Below, piece by piece: positions 1 to 14,009 of a stretch of DNA of 64,000 bases; position 1 is the stretch's first letter, and every line of letters starts with the position of its first letter. Location of the stretch: contig CM052818.1 of NCBI GenBank assembly GCA_028534125.1, forward strand, positions 13,146,001-13,210,000, given 5' to 3'. The notes beneath the pieces were generated by a model. It was given only the letters and a program-made list of their open reading frames with translations, had not been told where the DNA came from and did not search any database. Position numbers and translations under genes: made by a program. Origin of the DNA: Lama glama (taxonomy: Eukaryota).

Positions 1-3000
1 TGAATTTAGTGAACAATTATTTTCCCCACTGCCTATGCTACTGGAATTGAGAGAACAGAGCATACATACCCTTGTCCTTGGGGATCTCACAGTTTTAACA
101 CAGAAAACCTACCAATGAGGAGCCACATTCCTTGGCCTTGCACTGTGATTCTATTTGAAATAGATCATCATTCAGTCAATTAACTCTGGCTTATTAAGTA
201 GCTATCACAAATGCCCAAACTCTTGGCCCTAAAACTTGAACCACCACATATGGATGCTCTGGAAATAGAAAAATGTACATATATCACACAGAGGTCACAC
301 AATGGAAAACACAGATTAGTACAAAGACCGGTGTCCAAAAACCCTAAGAGAAGGATGTGGTTTTCTAAACACAGAGCTAGAATAAGTCACGAATAAGTTT
401 CTCCAGCTCATCCATTCTCCACTTAACATACTGATAAGAATCAATTTCAATGAAGCAATGTCGCCCGGCTTGTGTCTCATTTCCCCTGATCATTTAAGTG
501 CCACTGTGGGAAGCATATGTAATGTGCTTACAGACACATGCCCCACCTCTCAGCAAATAAGCATTTCCTCAGAAAATCCCACTGAGAATGCACTCCAGAA
601 AAGCGGTGCTTGCAAAATAGCTCATGTTCATTTTTCAGAATTCAGAATGAAGTAAGTAACCCCTGATATACAATAAAAATGATTAAATGCAAACACCACT
701 GAGCCTCTATAATAAATATTTTATATATTAATAGGTCTTCAAAAGTCTTATTTCATTTTTACAGCTTTTCCAAGTGGCATTATTCTATTTTAGCACATGA
801 AATGAAATAATCTTCCATGAAAAAAGCAGGCTTTTCTGGCCCATTTTAAATAAGCAAATGGATAACTATTGTGCTATTAATTTGCTATGCAAATTGTTTG
901 AGTTGCTAACTCTTTCCTCTTTCCATTATTAGAGATGGTTCAATCCTTCCCAAGGGAAAAAGGAAAGCTACTTTCCAAGGTAACCTGTTTGCTCTCTCAT
1001 GTCCAAGATACACAACCAATCCAGGGGCTCTCTCTCCTATGATTCTCTGACAAAACAAGCCATAAATTCGATGAAAAATACTCAATATAATACCTGCTTA
1101 ATGCTCATTCACTGTCAAAATCCACCAGAATTCCCTTCCCTACTCTAGAAGCTACCACCTTGCTTTCGGAGAAAACAGTGAAACAAAACAAAACAAACAA
1201 AACAAAACACGGGTTGGGGACCACCTGATGCCTGCACAGAGTACTGACAAGTGCCCAGAGATGCTGCCTTCCCTTCTGACAGGCTCAGGTTGATCCAGTG
1301 GTCTCCTTTCCTCATTTTCATTTGCTGTTTACAGAAAAGGGAAAGAACGCATTGGAGGGGCTTCTCAGTCAGTATGTTACAAACAGTTTTTATAACACCC
1401 TGGCACAGTTCAGCAAAAAAATCCTTTTCCAAACTACAAATGACTCTTTGGGACAAACCTTTCATGCAGGTGCTGCTACGGCAGCTTAGGAGGCACACAT
1501 AACCATTAGACACGTATTTAGAAGCTTCTACTGAGTGGGGGACATTAAGGAGAAGAATAAAAAGAGGCCATGAAAGCTATACCCATGAGATCCAGCCAGT
1601 GTGTGAAGGTTCCCAGGATTATTTTCACATAGAGGAAAGGAAAATTGCTGCCTGTAGATTTCACATTATAAAATTTGACTTCTTTTTCATTTTCAGGGCT
1701 GCCTGCCTCCCCTCTCCTCATCACACAGGTAAGAAAGATGTCAACACATTACAGACTTAATTGGAAAGTATAGAAAAGCATGTCAGCTAGATTTGCAGAA
1801 TCCTGACCCAGAAATTGTCAGGCTCACAGCACCTGGGCAGTGACACGGCAGCTGGGCACCTCCCCACTCACCAGGTCTTTGCCTGAAGCCAAAAGCTAGT
1901 ACGGTGTGGGCGGGAGAAGGATTCCTCCAGGCACAGGCTTCTCATTCTATCTCCCAGAGTTTCCTGACATTAGATAATGACGCTAAAGCTCATGGGAAGA
2001 AGTCACCACACAGACGCCACCTTCTTAATTTGGCCAGAAAGGATCTGGAACAGGAGTGAGTGGCGGCAGAATCCCACTCTCTCGGAAGGAGGGGTCATTT
2101 CTCTTCCCTGGAACTGGGCACTTGCCACCCACACCTACTGCCAGCCCTCTGAGGGCCCTCAGGGTGGACGCCAGCAGCATCCTTTTAAAGAGGTCAACCT
2201 CCTTTCCATTAACCATGGGTAGGCTGAGTTTCTGCATCACAAAGAGAGAAAAGCTATCAGTATGCAATTAATCACAGTTCCACTTACATCATGGCCCATG
2301 TGCAAAAGTTGGCCCTTTGTAAAAAACCCAAGCCATCCAGGAAGATCACAGATTAATAAACACAAAAGAAACCTTGATTTAGGAGTCATTACACAAAAGG
2401 GAAAAAAAAATGAGGACAAAATTCAGAAATCATGATCCAATGATCTTAAAAACAAGTGTGGGGAAAAAAACTCAATTAATATGCTTGTCAAATTGACTTC
2501 TTTCTTTGAAGCTGTAAGACAATATCTTTAGGGGGTGACATTTAGGGAGGTGTTTGATTTATTTCAAGAAGAAAGAAAAACAACTGGTCAATTAAAAAAA
2601 TACAGGCAGAAAAAAATGTAATATCTGGCCTATTCCTTCAGCAATCTGAAGATTATAAATACAATGTTTTGAATCCTATATTCATATCAGGTAATACACA
2701 CAATTCAATGATTCAAGTTTCTACTATTACATATTTAGTCCTCAAGACTTCCAAAATCATTGCTGTAATTATTAATACTATTAACACCACCAATCCATCC
2801 TGAGTATTTCAAGTATTTAGCAATTGGGGACCTCCATGAACCTCCTCACAGCTAAAGCTCTCTTCAAAGCGGCAAGTCTTACATTAGACATAAGATCTTA
2901 CATGTTAGATTTTCCAGAAGTTCTCCCCTCTGGCCCAGCAACCTGAAAACACTATCACTTTTTCATACATAAACCCCCAAGTTCTGATGCTGCTTAAATA

Positions 3001-3329
3001 AGTGTTTCATCTGTCATCGCCAGTCAGTCCCTATATGATCATAGACCAAGTGAGTGAAAAAGATGTGAATCCTCAGTTCTGAACAGCGTTAGCTGTCTGG
3101 TTGGCATGAACAAGAAAATAAACTAATTCCAAGAGGCCACTCCCAAAATGAGAATGTCACTGACAAGATAACACTGGCTGTTTTTAAGTATTCCTACAGA
3201 ATGAAAAACACACATTGTGACCTGGAAAACTGACTGGTAAGTCCCATGTCTGGTATGCTTTCATTCAGTCCTCCTGTCTAGAACATTCCAACTAGTACAT
3301 CTGGTGGGCAGCAAATAGGTCACTAGTTG

Positions 3330-3485
3330 GCCACAGACACTGATCCCCTCCCCCACTGGAGCAGCCATTCAGTGCCCAGGGGACCTGAGCCCTGACTCGG
3401 TCTTCTCCAGCCTGATCCACTTACCCCCACTGTGCTGTACAAGTGCTATCAATTTCCATGTGTGCTATGACATGAAAAGGCTGTA
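3330..3485. mobile_element. hAT-Charlie MITE remnant (MER102-like)
   Basis: End 'tttccatgtgtgctatgacatgaaaagg' resembles the MER102 terminal region as I recall it; degraded. Confidence 0.4.
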
Positions 3486-4079
3486 CTGTTTTATTCCTCC
3501 ATCTGAGTTTCACAGGATTATCTACTTTATTTAAAATATCTGGAAAAAGTTATACCTGTATAGGTTTACAAACTACCTCATTTTCAGCTTCTTTTTATAG
3601 ATGATCTCATCAATGCTAGCCATGATGGGACAGGATGGGATGGTGCTAAGCCTGGGACCAAAATCCACAATGTCTTTGTGGCCCCTTTGAAAGATACAGA
3701 TCTAAATGGCATATCCAAGGGAATTGTGCAGCCATGGACACCGCTGGTAACCCAGAATAGATCACATGAAGTATTTTTTCATTTTTTTAAATCTAGGTTT
3801 GAAGCAGGTACCAGTGACCTACAACACTAAAAGCACGCAAGACTAATTTCTCGTCCTTCGCCCCACTTTAAATCCAACTGTTTATTTCCATCACCCTCCT
3901 CCTCCCAGGGCACTGAGAGCTGGGGAAGGCAGAGGGGTCCAGAGCTCCCTCTGAAGGCCAAAATGGAATGGGTTGGACCAGAAGGGAAAAAGAGAAAACG
4001 TGTAGCCTTTTTCAAGTTTAGAATTACGCTGCAACTCAAAATGTGCCTTTGCTGCAATAATAAATGTCTATACTGAGGC

Positions 4080-4820
4080 ACTCACTGTCTTTTCTAAAGT
4101 GTATGTCTCAAGTTTGCCCAATCTTCTCCATCTCCGTAAATATCATCCTAGGCCAAGCCAGCCTTTGCCATCTCTCCCATGGGCCGGCACCAGCCTCCAA
4201 CTGGCCTGTATACTTGCACTCTTCCTTCTACAGTGCTGTCTATTCAAAAGTCAGCATGAGCTTCTCAAAAAAGTCAATCAGGTTATGTCATCTCCTCCTT
4301 AAAACTCTACTTCTCATTTGTCTTTGAATAAAAGTTAAACTCCTACATGTCTATGTCTGAATGTGTCTGCTTGGCCTGACATATTCCATCTACATTTCCA
4401 ACCTCATTTGATGCTATGTACCCATTGTCCTGCAAAGCTCCAACCACACTGGACTCTGATGGCCCCTCAAATGTTCTTTTCTGCTTCAGGGCCTTTGTAC
4501 TTACTGGTCCCTCTGATATTCTCCCAGATTTTCAATGGAACAGCATCTTTTCATCCCTTAAGTCTCGCTGAAGCCACCTACTCACAGAGGCCTTCTCTGA
4601 GCGCCCTGTCCGGGCAGCCCCCCACCCTCTTATCCTCTCTCGCAGCCACTGTCACTTACTTCACAGCTCTTGCCACCTGCTGTTTTCATCATCTGTTGAT
4701 GTGTTCAGGTCTTTAAACCTTTATCTTACTCTTTAATGCTGTTTGTTCACTACCATGTCCCAGTGCCCAGCACAGTACCTGTCTCATAGTGGACTCGTAG
4801 ACTAATAAATGAATAAATGA
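4080..4820 (+). mobile_element. LINE-2 3' fragment
   Basis: CT-rich L2 body ending in the canonical L2 tail 'tttgttcactaccatgtcccagtgcccagcacagtacctg...aataaatgaataaatga'. Confidence 0.8.
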
Positions 4821-5019
4821 GACACAATACAGCTGGATCCATCTATGCATATTTGGTTGCTGTTGAGCCTCTACTCAAAGACATCAAGCTTTTCTTAATT
4901 CTCTCACTCTTCTATTTGTACTCTTTGTTATTTGTCTCTGAAGTACTTTTAAGCTTTCCAAGATCAGGATTTCCCAATTTACATCAGTTGTGCTAATAAT
5001 GATTACCATACAACCCACA

Positions 5020-5285
5020 CAACATTGGTTCTGAAAATCATCCCCCACCCCTGCCATCCCAGAAAAAGTTACATGGTCAGGTGAATCGGGGAAACACTCT
5101 ACATTTCTTTTTGCACCTTGGAAATTCACAATGCCCGCTAGCATATTAAAGGTTCCAAAAAATTACAGTAAAGAAGCCTGATTATCTCTGCTGAACACAC
5201 GATTTTCCATGCTTATTTGACAACAGAACCAATTTTTCTACCTGTACCAACTAACATCCCTAAGAACTACACTTTGGAAACAATT
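5020..5285. mobile_element. hAT-Charlie MITE (MER103C-like)
   Basis: 'ttggaaattcacaatgcccgctagcatattaaagg...gcttatttgacaacagaacc...cactttggaaaca' matches my recollection of MER103-type consensus. Confidence 0.55.
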
Positions 5286-6369
5286 TTCTAGGTAAATATA
5301 TAGAAGAAGATGCTAAATATAATTTTCTTAAGAAACATTTGCTGAGTTCAAGGGACATATGCTGGAGATACAAATCTGAAATACTAACAATGATAGTTAA
5401 AAGTCAATGACCTACGGACCAGAGGTTAATTACATGATTTCAGAATTATCTACACTTTTTCCTTCTTCTGTTTTTCTTCTGGGCAGTTAAACAGTCACCA
5501 TTAGTGACTTAACTATGAGTTCAACCCAAAGCCGAGTAAGTCTAGAAGAGTTAAAGAGCAAAAATTTACCACAGACACAAAAATAATTTGTTGCCCTCAT
5601 TTGTCATAGCTGAGAGGCAGAGTCAGGCATATTGAATCATAAACACAGGAAATGGCAAGAAGCTATTCTCTTCCCCCTCCCCCGACCACAAATGATGCAT
5701 CTTCCTAGGACCCACTCCCAGCAAAACCAGGAAAAGAGCACACCAAAATAAATAAATAAGAGACATCATGTTAGTAGTGGCAAGAAGTTACACCTTCAGC
5801 ATTTACACAGATTATATAGAATTAAGAACCAAAAATAGCTAGAATGACAGACAGATAATGGATTAAATCTAAGACTGATCTTTGAGTGATTATAGACAGA
5901 GATTGAGAACTCACTACAACTGAAATGTCAGCACTGATGCAAGAATAAGAGAAGGGAATTGTTGAAGGATGCAGCCCACAGTGCAGAGCAGAGAACCAGG
6001 TAACAGCAGGGAAAAGGTCTGGGTCAGAAGCGGGACAGTCACTTCCCCAGCCCCTCTGAGATAAGGTCTGACTGGGAGCCTAGTATCAGAATAAGCTCTT
6101 CAACTTGATCTCTAGTTGAAATATAAAATATTAAAATATAACCTTTGACAAAGAGTGTATTTTTCGCTACCAAGATATTCTTAAATGACTAGAATGTCCC
6201 AGTGGGTTTTGAGAGGTGGGTACCTTTCAAAAATAGTAAAAACATAAAATTAAGCTTCACTAATTGAGAACTCATGACAATTCAGACAACAGAGCTGAAG
6301 TTTACTTTGCAACAGAGCTGGTAAACAGAAGAAGGACGGAAAGAAGATAGTGGAGGTGACAACTGAGAG

Positions 6370-6795
6370 GGCTCTAAGGTCTGGTGTCTGCCTGCCTCTC
6401 CAGCTCCATCTCTCACTGTCCCCTACTGTCACCTCTAACTTAACTGTTTTCAACTCTGTATTCTAAGCATACTAAACTATGTAGCTTCCCGAGCGTGTCA
6501 CATTCTCTCAGGCTGCTCCTCCTGCTTAGAATGCCTTTCCACCACCCACATCACCCCTTCTTTGCCTGGTTAAATCCTATTTATCTTTCAAGACTTGGCT
6601 CAGATGCCTTCCATGAGCTCCCTTCCGTTTCAGTCTGAGTTAATTACATCTCCAGTGCTCCCACAACTATATCAGAATATTTATACTTATCTGGTATGGT
6701 CTACTTACTTGACAATTTATGTCTCATGCCTATATCCCTAGTGTCTGTCACACTGAATAGTAAACAGTGATAAATATAGGTGGAATGAATAAATA
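6370..6795 (+). mobile_element. LINE-2 3' fragment
   Basis: 'cctgcttagaatgcctttcc...tttcaagacttggctcagatg...tatatccctagtgtct...ggaatgaataaat' L2 tail. Confidence 0.7.
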
Positions 6796-8379
6796 CATGG
6801 AAAAATCCATCCTGAAAGAGAGACAAAGGAGTGACAATGTGAAACTGCATCCAGCCAATAATCAGAAATCCTGGGTCCTGGTGCCTACTGACTTATGCAC
6901 CTAAATACTTACATTTGACATGCTAATTGTAGCTTAGGCAGCTCTGCCTATAACCAGGAACCTTAGTCTGCCTCCCAGGTCCCAGTCCCCTCCCACGGCT
7001 ACTCTTATGTCACCTCTGCTTGTGCTACTGAGCCACACACTATCATGTTAGTGGAACCCTCAGCCACTAAAAGGGTCACTACATACGGGCACAAGGTTCT
7101 CTGCACACAGACCTTTAGAAATAATTATCACTTTCCCAAATGCGATAGCCCCCCACAAGTCATTTGAACCATCAATGCAGACATTCAGCTACAAATCTGC
7201 AAGGTTCATTGACTAGGAATATGGTGTTAATTGTGATGCTCCAGTCTTAGGATCAACGGTTTAGTCACAACCAATTTTTTTTTTTAATATTGATTTGACT
7301 TTAGTGATGGTAGGAAGAAGCAGAAACAGGGCCCTGGGAGATGAAATGTATTTCTCTAGTGGTGTGTTCTAAAATACACCACTGAATTAGTTCTAGAAAT
7401 GTCATTTTCATGCCAAATTAAAGGTAAACATAATTATATGTAATACATCAAAAGTGCCTAATTAAAACACTCTTTGAGGCTAAAATATGCAGACAGACAT
7501 AACGAATTCTAACTCATTTCAAAATAATTTCATTATTTATTGAAAAATGTCAGTCAGAAACATGAAACTGGTTTGTGTTTATAAGAAGAGCTTAAAAACT
7601 GGCAGCAATTTTCATTGTAATTCATGCCTGGTTCTCTGCTTTGGGAAATCTATAAGCATCTGATTATTTTGACGCTAAAGGGAAAAAAATAAAGAACAAA
7701 AAGAAATTTTAAGTATGGAGAGGTGGTGAGTGAAGATAAAGCTTGCTGAGTCACGTTCAGCTTGCTTCAAATAAAAATGCTGAGATTGTGACCAGATATA
7801 AAACTATACATCACACTAATATAAAGACCTCTGTCTCCCTCAGTCCCCTCCATCCCTCCGCAGTGAGTAATGACCATGGCATTAGCGTTCCCTCTCAACA
7901 GTGGGGAGGGAGTTGTCAATCAGCCCCAAAGCACTGTATTCAGAGGGGAGGCTGACACCAGGCTCTGCAAAGGAGAGACAGGTCCCAAAGCTTCCCCAGA
8001 GAGCTTCTTCTGTGATTCACAGCAGCTCTGTGGGGAAGAGGGAAAACCTGAAGGTAACAAGAGAGGAACTTAAGAGGCCTAAAGCCCTGCTCCAAATTGG
8101 GAAGAAAATGTCACACTCCCCAAAGCAGTTCACATTTATATGCACAGAACATTGTGGGCCGGGTGCTACAAAGTCCCGTTTCTTAAAATCGGACAAACAG
8201 TGAAGAGGGGAAGAATTCAAAAAGGGTAAAGGTGAGAAAATAAAGGAGAAATAGTAGTCTTGGAGCCAAGAAAGAAGAGCCACCTAAATATTGGGTCTGA
8301 AAGGCACAGATCTGGTAGAAAAAGAACTGAAGAGCGCAGAGTCATTTAACTTTAACACGCATTCGACGGGGAACATTAC

Positions 8380-11300
8380 TTCAACTTCTAGTCGTGACAG
8401 AATAATTGGAACTGGACTTGCCCTCCTGGCATGAATAACTAAAAAGTTGGGTGGAATATTGACAACTACTTTCAGACACTAGACAACAGGCAATGGAAAA
8501 TCTTTGAGAGAAGGGAAGTTTGGAGATCCTTGGAGATCCTTGACTGAGGGCTGGGTTGTACAAGTGCAGAGTGAGGTTCTGTCAGGCCCAGAAGAGATTA
8601 GCTGTTGCAAGGCTGAGAGGTGAACAAAGATTCCAGATGTTGCACTAACGCTAAGAAACACTGGAGCTCAGCTGCAGCCACTGTGGACAGACCTCACCAC
8701 ACATCTTAGCCTTCAGTTAAGACCACAGAATGGCTACATCTTTGGGGAAGACACCACTCCCTAAGTAAGGGGCATGTCCTAGCACTACGAACAAAACCTA
8801 AAATGGAGCAATCCTAACAGAACAAAACCAAGTCAGACAGGATCTAGAGGAGCCATCAATAATTTAGCTACCATCCAGAAGAAAATCCAGTCTCCTTCAA
8901 AGATGACAACATAATCCTAATTTCTTACAAGGAGTACCCTAGATGTCCAACACATAAGACAAAAATTACAAGTCATAAAAAGCAGGAAGATATGACTCAT
9001 AGTAAAGAAAAATAAGCATTCGATATAAAGACAGCAAGAAATAACCCAGATGTAGGAATGAGTGGACAGGATTTTAAAGTAGTTTTTATAAATATGTTCA
9101 AGGGTTTAGAAGAAAAAACAGACACATGACTAAACAGATGGAGAAATCTCAGCAGAGACAAAAAGTATAAAGAGAACCAATTCTAGTACTATAAAGTAAT
9201 ACATTTAAAATTAAAACAACAACAACTCACTAAACGGGCTTAATAGTCGATTGGAGACTAAGGAATAGAGGAGCTGTCAACCTGAAGACAGATCAATAGA
9301 AATGATCTAATTTGAAGAACATAGATAAAAGTATCTTAAAAAATAAAAGAACCTCAGTGAAGACAGTCTTAATATCAATGGTCTAATGTGCAACTGTTGA
9401 AAGAAGAAGAAGAAAAAAAAAGATTGGGACTGAGAAATATTTAAATAAATAATGCCTCAATATTTTCCAATTTGATGAAAAACATCTATCTACAAATCCA
9501 AGAAGTTAAGAAACCACAAACGGATAAATACAAAGAAAATCACAACTAGCCACACGATGTCAGATTGCTAAAAACCCAAGATACAGAGGAAATTGTAAAA
9601 GCAGAGAGAAACAAAGGCATTACCTACAGAGGAACAATGATTCAAATTACAGCTGACTTCTCATCAGAAACAAAAACCACCAACCAACAATAAACCAACA
9701 TGTTTATACTGCTGGGTGTTGGGAGAAACCTGCCAAGTCATAATCCTACACCCAGTGAACATATCCTTCAAAGTTGACAGTGAAAACAAAGACATCTGCG
9801 ACGAAAGAAAACCTAAGATTCATCTCCAGCAGACCTGGACTCAAAAAGATATGTCTGCAGGATGAATGAAAAACACAGCCAGCTCAACACTCATAATGAA
9901 GGAAAGGAAGAAGAGTACTGCAAATGGTAAGTGGGTGAGTGGGTAAATTTAGAAGATGATTTTTTTCCCTGAACTTTGTTCAAAGAAAACTTACTATTTA
10001 AAAGCAAAGTAGTAACATTTCCTTGTAGGGTTTATAATGGATATGTAAGTAAAATATATGATACAAAACATAAGAACAAGAGGAGTAACTATAATTATAT
10101 AATCTAAAATTTCTTACATTGTACATCAAGTTTGCAGTGTAAATTCTAAAAAGATTGTGATAAATTCAGTATGCATAGCATAATTCTCATAGCAATGATT
10201 TAAAAATGTAAAGGATTACAGCTAAAAATTTGATTAATCTAACAGCAAATTAATCTAAATAATATATTAAACAAAATTGAAGCAAAGAAAGGGGGAAAAA
10301 AACAGAAAAGATGACAGGATGGGATAAATAGAAAACAAACTGCAAAAAGTTAGACCTCAACTCAATCAGATCAAAAAAGTGCATTTAAATGGAAATGGAC
10401 TAAACACTCTAACTGAAAAGCAGAGACCACTAGACTGGATGAAAAAGCAAAATCCAACTATATACTGCCTAGAAAGTAAGAGAACAGAAAAATATATACC
10501 ATGCAAATGATATGCATATGAAAACCAGTGTGACTATATTAATAACCAAAAAAGACTTCAAGACAAGCAGTTATACTACAGGTAAAGGATAATACCTAAT
10601 GATAAAAAGGTAGATTTTTGGGGAAGATATAAACAGCTATATAGATACTTATGTGCATAGTAACAGGACTTCAAAATGAAGGAAGAAAAAGCTGATAGAA
10701 CTAAAGGAAGAAAGACCCACAATCATAGCTGAACATTCTCATACCTCTGTCAGTAACAGAACAGTAAACGAAAAATTAGTAAGGATTTAGGAGATCTGAA
10801 CAACACTACCAACTAATGGACATTTAGAAACTGCTATATCCAGAAATGTCAGAATTCACATTCTTTTCAATTCCAAACAGGTTACTCAAAAAAGCGCAAT
10901 AAAAATCATAATAAATTTCAAAATGTTGAAATATAGAGTATGGAATCAAAATAGAAATAAGAATACTATCTAGAAATACCCAAGTATTTAAAAGTTAAAA
11001 CATTTGTAAATAACTTATTTACCTAACGAAAAAAATCACAAGGGAACTTGAAATTGATGAGTAAGAACAACAACAAAAAAAACCCAATATATCAAAATGT
11101 ACCGGATGCAGATAAAGCAGTGCTTAGAGGGAAATGTAGAGTTTTAAATGCTTAGAGAAGATAAAAAGGCTTAAAACCAGTTATCTAAGTTTCTTTTTGA
11201 AGCAGCTAGATAAAAGTGAATAAACATTAGACCCAAAATAATTAGAAGGAAATGATAAAAACTAATAAAGTAGGTGACACAAACAGTAAAAAATTAACAA

Positions 11301-14000
11301 GCTAAAAGTTACTCATTTATAAAATTAGTTCAATTGATAAACCCCTAGTAATATGGATTTTTAAAAAAAGGAAAAACAGACAATTTGCAAATATCAGAAA
11401 GGAAAGATGTTCTATCACTACAGATCCTACAGATACAGCAACCACATAACAAGAACCTCAAAAATTTAGATGAAATAGACACAGTCCTTGAAAAATGCGA
11501 ATTATCAATATTTATTCAATAACTAGCATAACTCTGATACCAAAACCAAAGAATAATTTTTAAATTACATGTCAAAATTCTTCATAGAGACTGAAAAAAA
11601 ATGATCTTAAAAAAAATCCAAACCCAACAAGGCACAAAGAGTGTATATTATGACCAAGTAGAGTTTGTTCCAAACACCAGTTTGGTTTAACAGTTGAAAA
11701 AAATCAACATAATTCACTTTCACAGAATAAAGAAAAACTGTATCATAAAAGACACAGAATACACATTTGACAAAACATCCAAATGTGATAAAAACTGGGG
11801 GGCCCGAATAGAGGAGTCAGCATTATAAAGGACATCTACAAGAGGCAACAGGGGTACTGGAGCAGCTGGACATGCAAATGCAAAGACAGAAAATGAGTCT
11901 AGACCTTGCACAATTCACAGAAATTAACTCAAAATGGTGCACATGGAAGAAAAACTCAATCACTTAAAAAAAAAAGTGAGCATTAACATTGTGAAATACT
12001 GAATGCTTTCCAAGATCATAAAGGACTCTTATCACTTCTATTGAACATATTGAGTTCCTAGCCTGTATATTAAGGCAAAAAAAAAATAAACAATATAAAT
12101 TGAAAAGTGAGAATCAAAATGTTTTCAATTGTAGATGAATTTTTTTTTACACAGACAAACTTAAATATTTTACTAATATTCTACAAGAGAATCTGATACT
12201 GTCACAGGATACAAAGCTAATTGTACAAATACTAACTGAATTTCTATGTACGAGCAGGAAAAAAATGGAAAATATTTTAATACCTTTAACAATTCAATAA
12301 AAAGTAAAGTCTTTAGAAATAAATTTAACAAAAGATATGCAAGGCCACTATTCTGAAAAATCCCACCACCAAAAGAAATGAAAAGAAGCCTGAAAAAGTG
12401 GAAAATAAATTGAAAGACTCAGTATTAAGATATATAGATTCAAAACAACCCAAATCAAAATCCCATTGGCTTTTTTTGGTAGACACTAAAAATCTGATTC
12501 TGAGATACATCTGCTATCTAATGATCAAAACAATCTTAAGAACAACAAACTTTGGAGGACTTATACTACCTGATTTCCAGACTGTTTCAACGCCACAGTT
12601 ATCAAGCCAATGTTGTATTAATATAAGGACAGACAAATAGAATATAGAGTCCACAAAAAGATCTACACGTGTATGGTCAGTTGATCTTTAACAAAGGCAC
12701 CAAGGTAAGGTATTCAATGGAAAAAGAATATACTTTTCAACTAACTGTGCTGGAACAAGGGTATTTATATGGGGTGGGGTTGGGGTGGGAAGACTCTTGA
12801 GCTCCTTACCTGACCAAAAAAAAAAAAAAAAAAAAGATAATTGCTTGAAATGGATAATAGACCAAAAAGGTAAAACCTAAAACGATAGAAGTTCTACTTA
12901 AAAACATGAGAGAATAACATTTACTATCTTGCAGTAGGCACAGATTTCTTAGAAAGGATATAGTAAGTACAAACCCATCAAATTTTTAATTGATACACTG
13001 AACACCATCAAAATTAAGGACTCTTGTTCATCTAAAAAATAAGTCAGGCTAAAGACTGATGAATAACTATTCACTATACATATGTGTTAAATACGTACAT
13101 CTGACAAAAGACTTCATTGCAGAACACAGAAAGAATTCCAACAGCTCAATAAACAGATAAACAATCCAATTTAAAAGGCCCAAAATACTTCATTAAAAAG
13201 AAATACAAATGGCCTACAAACACAGCAGAAAGTACTCAACATCATTATTCATCAGAAGAAAGCAAATAAAACCCACAAGGTACCATTATACACCCACCAG
13301 AATGGCTAAAGTTAAAAAGCCCCAAAATACTAAATGTTTGAGTATGTGGAACAGTTGCAACTCTCATACACTGGTGATGTGAGTGTAAAATGGTACAACC
13401 ACTTTCGGAAATTATCTGGCAGGTTTTTTTTTTATAAAGTTCAACATACACCTACCCTATGACTTGCAATCCCACTTCTACCCAGAACAAATGAAAAGGT
13501 TATGTGTGTGTACACACACACATACACACACACACACACACAAAACACACACTCATACATGGCTTTATTTAAAACAGCCCCAAGCAGGAAACAATTCAAA
13601 CACCCAGCAACACAATCATGTATAAACAAGTTGCGCTATATTTTTATAACTGAATAGAACACATTTTTTAGAAAATAATCAACTGGTGACACACGCAACA
13701 TGGCTTAATTTCAAAAACCTCATGTTCAGTGAAAGCATCCAGACCCAAGAGCAATACCATGTGATTCTAGTTATTTGAAGCTCAAGAACAGGCAAAACTA
13801 ATCTACGGTGGTAATAATGAAGAGCAGTAGTTGCTGAAGTGGTTTAAGTGATGACTGGGAAGGGGTACAAGGTTACTTTCTGGGATGATGGAAACATCCT
13901 ACATCTTCACTGAAGTGTTGATTATAGGGACACGACTGTCAAAATTCATTAAACTGTACACTCAAGACACGTGCATTTCACTCTGTTTAAAAGTTTACCC
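8380..14000 (+). mobile_element. Near-full-length, heavily decayed ancient L1 (L1ME/L1MD-type): 5' end, ORF1, ORF2, 3' UTR
   Basis: L1M 5'-end motif at ~8385; ORF1-like from ~8950 ('aaaattacaagtcat...aaatatgttcaaggg'); EN start ~10390 ('aatggactaaacactctaactgaaaagcagaga'); ORF2 peptide 'GGLILPDFQT' in ORF 12398-12640; 3' UTR 'aacaggcaaaactaatctacggtg...gtgcatttcactctg'. Many stops, frameshifts and internal deletions. Confidence 0.9.
13502..13552. repeat. (TG)n/(CA)n microsatellite inside L1
   Basis: atgtgtgtgtacacacacacatacacacacacacacacacaaaacacacac. Confidence 0.95.
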
Positions 14001-14009
14001 CTTGAAAGC

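Noticed and set aside
1145..1513. Overlapping ORFs on both strands
   Set aside because: No recognisable protein and no convincing splice sites in frame.
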